Part shown: positions 58,497 to 64,000 of the stretch, in pieces | Layout: each line of letters begins with the position of its first letter | How positions within the stretch are numbered: the first letter of the stretch is position 1 | Source: a virus | Length of the DNA: 64,000 bases | IMG/VR virus record: IMGVR_UViG_3300027816_000055 | Reading direction: 5' to 3' (one strand) | The notes under the pieces: model-generated | What the model saw: only the letters and a program-made list of their open reading frames with translations | Told to the model about the DNA's origin: nothing | Database searches by the model: none | Position numbers and translations under genes: made by a program

Positions 58497-58572
58497 TGGT
58501 CGGGATGGAGAATTTTGCAATCTCAACCTCCTGTCTCCAAAACAGGCCGTCTACTTTTGACATTACATCCCG
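58497..58572 (-). tRNA. trnP: Non-canonical tRNA-Pro(TGG)
   Basis: CCTGT-TTTGGAG-ACAGG; T loop TGCAAAA; D loop AAAAGTA. Confidence 0.85.
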
Positions 58573-58579
58573 ATAAAAT

Positions 58580-58654
58580 TGGTAGGCGGTGAAGGATTTG
58601 AACCTCCGACAAACTGAGTGTAAGTCAGCTACTCTACCCCTGAGCTAACCGCCC
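58580..58654 (-). tRNA. trnV: tRNA-Val(TAC)
   Basis: GCTGA-CTTACAC-TCAGT; CCA. Confidence 0.93.
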
Positions 58655-58808
58655 ATTTTTTAATAAATTTAAGGATTTGTGTACCTATCGTTGGTAGCCC
58701 AATTTTCATTGAACCGGCGTCTCCGATTTCCCACGGCTCGCCTCTACGGTTTTGATTATACGCTCAAAATTTCTAAATGCGTTACTTACTATCTTCAATG
58801 TGCTAACT

Positions 58809-58927
58809 ATCTTAGCACTGATTTCATCGTTGTCAACAGCTTTGTTGAGTTTTTTGTTTCTTACGTTTCGCTCAACCTCGCAGTCTCAACTGTGGATACA
58901 TCTTACACCATCCGATCCAAACGTCAA
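58809..58927 (-). promoter_or_regulatory. Tandem sigma70-like promoters heading the tRNA cluster
   Basis: TTGACG-N16-TAAGAT (58927-58900) and TTGACA-N16-TAAGAT (58836-58809). Confidence 0.6.
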
Positions 58928-58941
58928 CAACTTTCGCAAAC

Positions 58942-58974
58942 AAAAAACCCGTTGGTTTTTAGGCCAACGGGTTT
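58942..58974 (-). terminator. Intrinsic terminator
   Basis: AAACCCGTTGG/CCAACGGGTTT plus T-tract. Confidence 0.85.
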
Positions 58975-59126
58975 AAACTTACGAAAATGTCCGTTGGTTA
59001 GCCTAGTACCAAACTAGGTTGTGACGCAGCACTAGCAAGTGCTGGCCCTACTACGGATAATTGTACAAATGTATTCATTGTAAGAATAAATATTTTCAAT
59101 TTTTCGAAACGTTCATTTTTTTTTAA

Positions 59127-59279
59127 TTACTTTGCAGAGGTCTTTGCAACAACCTTCTTGGTGACACTTGCAGTCTTAGTCTTTGCAGGTGTCTTGGCTA
59201 CCGTCTTGGTTGCCTTCTTGGTAGCTGTCTTGGTTGTCTTAGTTGCCTTTGTGGTCTTTGTTGTCTTTTGTGTTGCCAT
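59127..59279 (-). CDS. Histone H1-like Lys/Thr/Ala-rich protein (50 aa, not in the ORF track)
   Basis: MATQKTTKTTKATKTTKTATKKATKTVAKTPAKTKTASVTKKVVAKTSAK. Confidence 0.75.
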   Translation of the reverse strand: MATQKTTKTTKATKTTKTATKKATKTVAKTPAKTKTASVTKKVVAKTSAK

Positions 59280-59422
59280 AACTTATTTTTTCTTTCTATT
59301 GTTTTACGATTCTTACGAATCAGATTAATCAATATATAACTGAAACTATTTTATTACATTTATTTTATTTTGGAATATTTGATATGTTTCTAAATCACAT
59401 CTACATTTTCTTTTAATTTTTA

Positions 59423-60424
59423 TTAACGTATTTTTGGATTTCCGTGAATCGTAAATTTCCAATACTCGGAAAATGGACCTTCTTCGTTTTTGACGTGTTC
59501 TATATCACTTATTTCAAATCCACTTCGTTTAAGTAATTTCCAATATCGTGATGAGCGAACTTGATTCATAGTACCTATATCTAGTGGTGCATAACGATTC
59601 ACCCATTCTCCAAGTTTATGTATTAATTTTTTATAAATTTCAATTTGATTTTTTCTACCAATCACAGGAGATCTTTTAATTTGAGACTGATGTGTTGTAA
59701 ATGATTGTTCTCCTGAAGTTAATGCAACTTCATGTGATCCATCTTCATTCTTTATTAGAATCATCGTATAATCACCGGCCACAATTTTATCTATAGGTTC
59801 CATTCCAATACTAGTTAAGTATTCTAATTCATCATTTACAGATTCTTCCAATTCTTCCACTTGCTCATTCATCTGCAAAATGCCTATTGGATAGTTTGTA
59901 ACAATATCATCTAATTTTTCAGCAAGCGTTGTTTTATCACTCTCCTGTAATTTAGTACGTAAATACTCACGTAAACTTAAAAGATGTTTGCATAGACCGG
60001 GACGCAAATATGGATTCGTTGTTTTTGGAAAATTGCCATTACATTTATTTAAACTATTATTGCCCATTTCGCCTGCTTCTTTGTCGTTATTTGCGTAGGC
60101 GTATTTATACCGATAATCTTCACACGTACAATCTACTTTGCAAGGAATATCAATGGAACTTGCACTGCTATTTTCTTTTTTAAATGTGATTCTGCCTTTG
60201 TGCCCGATACCATTTGGTTTTTCAGGACGTGGTGTAATATGACTAAGATCACTCTTATAACTAAAATTCCAATATTCGTTTGTCGAGTCGGCGCGTATTG
60301 GCAATGATTGCGTTCTCATTTTCAATGCGCGTTTTTTTCTTTTTGGCTCAGAAAAATTCATGAGTTCTTTAAATGATAAAATCTCATTTAATACTCGTTT
60401 AGCGATGTTCGACAGCAAAATCAT
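59423..60424 (-). CDS. SWIM zinc-finger-containing protein
   Basis: VDCTCEDY...GLCKHL. Confidence 0.7.
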   Translation of the reverse strand: MILLSNIAKRVLNEILSFKELMNFSEPKRKKRALKMRTQSLPIRADSTNEYWNFSYKSDLSHITPRPEKPNGIGHKGRITFKKENSSASSIDIPCKVDCTCEDYRYKYAYANNDKEAGEMGNNSLNKCNGNFPKTTNPYLRPGLCKHLLSLREYLRTKLQESDKTTLAEKLDDIVTNYPIGILQMNEQVEELEESVNDELEYLTSIGMEPIDKIVAGDYTMILIKNEDGSHEVALTSGEQSFTTHQSQIKRSPVIGRKNQIEIYKKLIHKLGEWVNRYAPLDIGTMNQVRSSRYWKLLKRSGFEISDIEHVKNEEGPFSEYWKFTIHGNPKIR

Positions 60425-60471
60425 ACATATAAATAGTTAAAAAAACTATAATATGTCTATTTATTAGAGTT

Positions 60472-60972
60472 ATGATTACACCAACAAGTTTTAAAATAAA
60501 AGTCAGCGGCGAGCCAAAAACCATCGACACTGTTATCGACACCGATCCTACAAAAGATAATATTGAAAATTATACTAAAGATTTGTTTGAACCAAGAACA
60601 AACAATAGATTTTTGGTAAAAATCTTAGATGATCAAAATAATGATATTGTTCCATCTTTTTTGATTAAGGAATTTAATCGTCCAGAATTGACGAGTGCTA
60701 TGGCCACGTCTTTTTCATGTATTATTTATGACAGTGTAACACAACGTGTAGTTGCATTGTTAATGCCATTTTTAATGCCGGTTTTAGAAAACAAAATTAA
60801 AGTAATTTTGCAAATTACAGATCCAATTGGCAATATTATTGAAACATGGACATTTAAAAATGTCACATTAAAAAAGGTTTCGCCATCGTTACTCAATTGG
60901 TCCGATGATGATGTTTCTTTGATTTATGCTGAATTTAGAGTAAGCTATTCAGATATAACTATCGAAGGTTAA
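60472..60972 (+). CDS. Tail tube protein, T4 gp19-like (orphan copy)
   Basis: FEPRTNNRFLV...DPIGNIIETWTFKN...LNWSDDD. Confidence 0.75.
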   Translation: MITPTSFKIKVSGEPKTIDTVIDTDPTKDNIENYTKDLFEPRTNNRFLVKILDDQNNDIVPSFLIKEFNRPELTSAMATSFSCIIYDSVTQRVVALLMPFLMPVLENKIKVILQITDPIGNIIETWTFKNVTLKKVSPSLLNWSDDDVSLIYAEFRVSYSDITIEG

Positions 60973-61451
60973 ACGGGTATCTTTTTGAGCTTACTGATAG
61001 GCAGATTATAGCAATCAGCCTTAAATTTCCATTTGTACGAAGAACTTTCGTCAATGGTTCCCTTTTTGTTTAATTGAGCATGCTTATAAAAATAATCTTT
61101 ACTACAGCCGCCTAGTATCCATGCTCTACTAAAATCTTCCATTATGCGAACAAAAAAATATACGTCGCATTTTTGACGTATATTGTATGCGGCAACACTA
61201 CAATAATAATGAGGTTGTGGTGGACTTGTGCAAGTTTTTGTTTTAACATCTATTTTGATATCATCTTTAATAATATCATAATCATATGTGTTTTTCGACT
61301 TGCCACCAATATATTCGTTTACCAACAATTCTCCCAAAAAACCATAAACATTTCCCTTGCCGTCTGTAATGCTATTGTTCAGAACTCCCATTTCTTTTGA
61401 TTTACGCTTGGCAACAGAAATTTGTTTTTTAGTTGGAATTACTTCGATCAT
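60969..61451 (-). CDS. PD-(D/E)XK-like nuclease
   Basis: GFLGE...YDYD...IDVKT. Confidence 0.55.
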   Translation of the reverse strand: MIEVIPTKKQISVAKRKSKEMGVLNNSITDGKGNVYGFLGELLVNEYIGGKSKNTYDYDIIKDDIKIDVKTKTCTSPPQPHYYCSVAAYNIRQKCDVYFFVRIMEDFSRAWILGGCSKDYFYKHAQLNKKGTIDESSSYKWKFKADCYNLPISKLKKIPV

Positions 61452-61563
61452 CTTTTTCCAATTCTTCTTCTAGTCTAGAATTGATTCCACAAAATCGTGC
61501 AATCAATACTGCGACAACAACATATGCACAAATTAATATTGCTCCAATTAATACGTATTTCAT
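61429..61563 (-). CDS. Small membrane protein (44 aa)
   Basis: MKYVLIGAILICAYVVVAVLIARFCG... Confidence 0.45.
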   Translation of the reverse strand: MKYVLIGAILICAYVVVAVLIARFCGINSRLEEELEKDDRSNSN

Positions 61564-61913
61564 TTCTTTTTCTTTTTAGATGACTCTTGATTCTTAATTT
61601 CACCTGCACACTGCTTGCCCAGTTCAGTTAACCCAAACTTTGGTTCTCCGTTTTCATCAACACCAGTGCATTCTAAAATACCATCTTTCACTAACTTATC
61701 AACAGTCTGCTTGACTTCCTCTAGAGCAATCATATTATAAATTTCAATAGCTTCATCTCTTGAAACTTCCTCACTGTCCATAATGAGTTGCAACGACATT
61801 TCGTATTCTCTTTGTTTAATTTGTTCTTCGCTAATATCAAACTCTAATTTTGAACAATGTTCAAGTAGTTGATCGACAGTGCCTGTGAATGTTGTGTTGA
61901 TGTTTTCGTTCAT
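61560..61913 (-). CDS. Hypothetical protein, possible C-terminal winged helix
   Basis: VDKLVKDGILEC...KFGLTELGK. Start moved to MNEN. Confidence 0.6.
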   Translation of the reverse strand: MNENINTTFTGTVDQLLEHCSKLEFDISEEQIKQREYEMSLQLIMDSEEVSRDEAIEIYNMIALEEVKQTVDKLVKDGILECTGVDENGEPKFGLTELGKQCAGEIKNQESSKKKKK

Positions 61914-61921
61914 ATATAAAT

Positions 61922-61996
61922 TGGTGCGCCCAGCGAGATTCGAACTCGCAAATATAGTTTTAGAGACCACTGTTTTAACCGTTAAACTATGGACGC
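61922..61996 (-). tRNA. Amber suppressor tRNA (anticodon CTA)
   Basis: GTGGT-CTCTAAA-ACTAT; GCGTCCA/TGGGCGC-A-CCA; TTCGAAT. Confidence 0.92.
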
Positions 61997-62236
61997 ATTA
62001 ATAGTAGCTTCATTCAGATCATCAATAACGACGTTTACATTTTTGAATTTTAAACTTCCCTTGGTGTGCGAGCTATCAGGAGTTTCTTTTGTGGTCCAAC
62101 CAACATTTGCATTGACATGGTTGACATAATAGGTCGTTCCTTTAGTTTTTAACACCCACATTGGGATATTATTGTCAGTCAAGTGCGCTTTGTTGAAGTG
62201 AAATACAACTTCTTTGCAATTCTATAATGTAGTCAT
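61982..62236 (-). CDS. Hypothetical phage protein with an in-frame TAG at codon 5
   Basis: AAGGA-N8-ATG ACT ACA TTA TAG AAT TGC AAA GAA GTT GTA TTT CAC TTC AAC AAA continues into MWVLKTKG...KETPDSSHTKGSLK. Confidence 0.7.
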
Positions 62237-62270
62237 ATGATGTATCCTTATTACGTCCAATAGCATAGAG

Positions 62271-62447
62271 TCACTTTGCGTCGTTGTCAATCTTTTTCTG
62301 TGCCGACACCCAATCAGGTAAATGCTTTGTAACCCATTCTACAAGCGCAGTCTCAAATCCAATATCATATTTCTTTTTTTCGCTTTCAATCCATTTGTGC
62401 TTCATTATTTCTTCACGAATTAATATAAATTTTTGATATAAAGACAT
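62271..62447 (-). CDS. DUF4032-like small protein (58 aa, not in the ORF track)
   Basis: REEIMKHKWIESEK...DIGFETALVEWV.KH. Confidence 0.75.
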   Translation of the reverse strand: MSLYQKFILIREEIMKHKWIESEKKKYDIGFETALVEWVTKHLPDWVSAQKKIDNDAK

Positions 62448-62468
62448 AGACTTTTTATATATATAATT

Positions 62469-62690
62469 ATGAAATCGAAAATATTACTTTTAATTACAAC
62501 GGCCCTTCTTTTTGGATGTGCAAATGAAAAAACCATTAGCATTGATGGTCACACCTACACATTGGTTCGTGCAGGGCAAACAAATGCCAATGGTATTAAT
62601 GATTTGGAATTATGGGAACGTAAAGGAGTCACAAATAGATACTATACTCCATCATTGGATGGAAAATCTATGCATTCGATTATGAAATAA
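62469..62690 (+). CDS. Putative lipoprotein
   Basis: MKSKILLLITTALLFGC lipobox. Confidence 0.6.
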   Translation: MKSKILLLITTALLFGCANEKTISIDGHTYTLVRAGQTNANGINDLELWERKGVTNRYYTPSLDGKSMHSIMK

Positions 62691-63414
62691 TATCTGACTC
62701 GTCAATCTCTTCAAGCGCATGATAAATTATAGATTTTTTATCATCGTATTTGGTTGATAACAACTCCATTTTATACAATTTATCGCTAACACTACGTTTA
62801 TTAACGTATCGTTCGTAATAATGATTGTAATACATTTCTTTATCTATTTCGTCTAAGCGACTTTCCAATTCTCCATATACAGGAGTATAGTGTGTCAGAT
62901 AATGTGGTTTTGTAACTTCTTTCAACATCCATGGAAATTTAAAATAATAATGTGGTCGAAAATATTTTGTATCGTTTTGAAATAATTTCTTTTCATTTTC
63001 GCACGAACAGTTATACAAACTGGAATGATACCACAAATATTTTTCAATTGACTTAATTTTTTCAATATCAGATGCTCTTTTTGCTTCTGTATAATAAAAT
63101 TCGAAACGTGGATCTGTTGCTGATTTCAAGTGTGCGTGTTTCTCGAAACACGTTTTTTTAGTGTGCGTAATAAAATCTTTTTTGGGATGATACGCTTTGT
63201 TTTGCCCAAGAAAATTTATTACTTCCAAAATTTTTGGATAATCACGACGTTGCTTAACATCATCACGCAATTCCAAACTACGAACATAACCGTGATGTAT
63301 TGGCGTATCCAGTTTAATTGGAACAATATTATATTTTTGTCGGTATAATATATCTGCTTCGCGCATCAACGCCAACGCTCGCTTTTTCTCTTTTTCTTTT
63401 TTATGTAGGTCCAT
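62680..63414 (-). CDS. Hypothetical protein
   Basis: 244-aa ORF. Confidence 0.65.
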   Translation of the reverse strand: MDLHKKEKEKKRALALMREADILYRQKYNIVPIKLDTPIHHGYVRSLELRDDVKQRRDYPKILEVINFLGQNKAYHPKKDFITHTKKTCFEKHAHLKSATDPRFEFYYTEAKRASDIEKIKSIEKYLWYHSSLYNCSCENEKKLFQNDTKYFRPHYYFKFPWMLKEVTKPHYLTHYTPVYGELESRLDEIDKEMYYNHYYERYVNKRSVSDKLYKMELLSTKYDDKKSIIYHALEEIDESDIIS

Positions 63415-63416
63415 AA

Positions 63417-63671
63417 TTAGTCATTTTTAACAACAGATGAAAAATTACTTAATTCAACTGTTTTTGGTTCTTTATTAATTGTTTCTACATGCTTTCGTAT
63501 ATATCTCAAAAACAATAATGCTTTGTCCTCGGCCAATAAGGTTGCTTTTCCAATATCCGCAAGCGGCACTGGAAATTCAAATCCACATTCAGTGGAATAA
63601 ATAAACTCTCCCTCACGAAAATATACAAATTTAACTCGCTTGTTGTCACTGACCATGTTTTTGATGTTCAT
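63417..63671 (-). CDS. Hypothetical protein
   Basis: 84-aa ORF directly after a promoter. Confidence 0.65.
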   Translation of the reverse strand: MNIKNMVSDNKRVKFVYFREGEFIYSTECGFEFPVPLADIGKATLLAEDKALLFLRYIRKHVETINKEPKTVELSNFSSVVKND

Positions 63672-63677
63672 ATGTTT

Positions 63678-63705
63678 AATATATCAGATTTTTGTTGTGT
63701 GTCAA
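63678..63705 (-). promoter_or_regulatory. Sigma70-like promoter
   Basis: TTGACA-N16-TATATT with extended TG, 6 nt before the ATG. Confidence 0.6.
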
Positions 63706-63708
63706 TAT

Positions 63709-63741
63709 AAAAAAAAGACGATATCATAATGATATCGTCTT
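63709..63741 (-). terminator. Intrinsic terminator
   Basis: AAGACGATATCA/TGATATCGTCTT plus T-tract. Confidence 0.85.
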
Positions 63742-63748
63742 GATAAAT

Positions 63749-63822
63749 TGGTGGTTCTCCAAGGAATTGAGCCTTGTTCTATACAATGTCAATGTATTAT
63801 TCTACCGTTAAACTAGAGAACC
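63749..63822 (-). tRNA. trnV: tRNA-Val(GAC)
   Basis: ATACA-TTGACAT-TGTAT; T loop CTCAATT; CCA. Confidence 0.88.
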
Positions 63823-63826
63823 ATTA

Positions 63827-63940
63827 GAAGGATTTCACGACGAGCTAATTAGACTCAACAACAACATTTTAATTTTGTCTTTCGTTCCACATTAACACGT
63901 TAACCAAAGGGAATCGAACCCCCGTGATGTGTCTTTCTTC
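63827..63940 (-). ncRNA. Possible permuted tRNA-like element
   Basis: T arm GGGG-TTCGATT-CCCT near the 5' end and an anticodon-like arm near the 3' end, closed by TCACG/CGTGA; no CCA. Confidence 0.45.
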
Positions 63941-63945
63941 AAAAT

Positions 63946-64000
63946 TGGAGCACCGTGTTGGATTTGAACCAACGATTTTAGAGTTTTGCAGACTCTTGCC
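63946..64000 (-). tRNA. trnC: tRNA-Cys(GCA), 5' end outside the window
   Basis: AGAGT-CTGCAAA-ACTCT; T arm; CCA. Confidence 0.9.

Noticed and set aside
53994-59017. Track ORFs such as 53994-54194, 55084-55362, 55444-55794, 56770-57090, 57971-58231, 58389-58592 and 58679-59017
   Set aside because: They overlap tRNA, tmRNA, RNase P or promoter sequence; only the tmRNA tag portion is meaningful.
1-64000. Genome-wide alternative genetic code (TAG or TGA reassigned)
   Set aside because: ORFs of more than 1000 aa are intact in code 11, and TGA is used as a normal stop. Only one in-frame TAG was found.

Overview
This is a strongly AT-rich segment of a jumbo myovirus genome with T4-like baseplate, tube and late-sigma genes. 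It has no CRISPR array and no rRNA. From left to right: (i) 1-9.8 kb, an island of 11 glycosyltransferase and methyltransferase genes; (ii) 9.9-17.4 kb, probable head-associated and Ser/Thr-rich virion proteins; (iii) 17.4-22.7 kb, a fused Mre11-Rad50 (gp47-gp46-like) gene, a primase and a RuvC-like resolvase; (iv) 23-45 kb, baseplate/tail genes, a gp55-like late sigma factor, a GT60-like transferase and tail fibres; (v) 45-52.5 kb, phoH, a vWA protein, thyA and folA; (vi) 52.6-64 kb, a minus-strand RNA cluster. The RNA cluster holds 20 tRNA genes, a tmRNA, a compact RNase P RNA and several unexplained structured RNAs. It is the most unusual part of the window. It contains a circularly permuted tRNA-Ser(UGA) and two weaker permuted candidates, a family of stem+ACAGCAA elements, tRNAs with a covarying A18/G55 elbow, and two tRNA-Leu with an apparent extra helix. 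It also has an amber-suppressor tRNA overlapped by a gene that carries an in-frame TAG at codon 5. All RNA structures were folded by eye and family assignments come from motif recognition, with no database searches. The host is uncertain; one weak clue points to Verrucomicrobiota.
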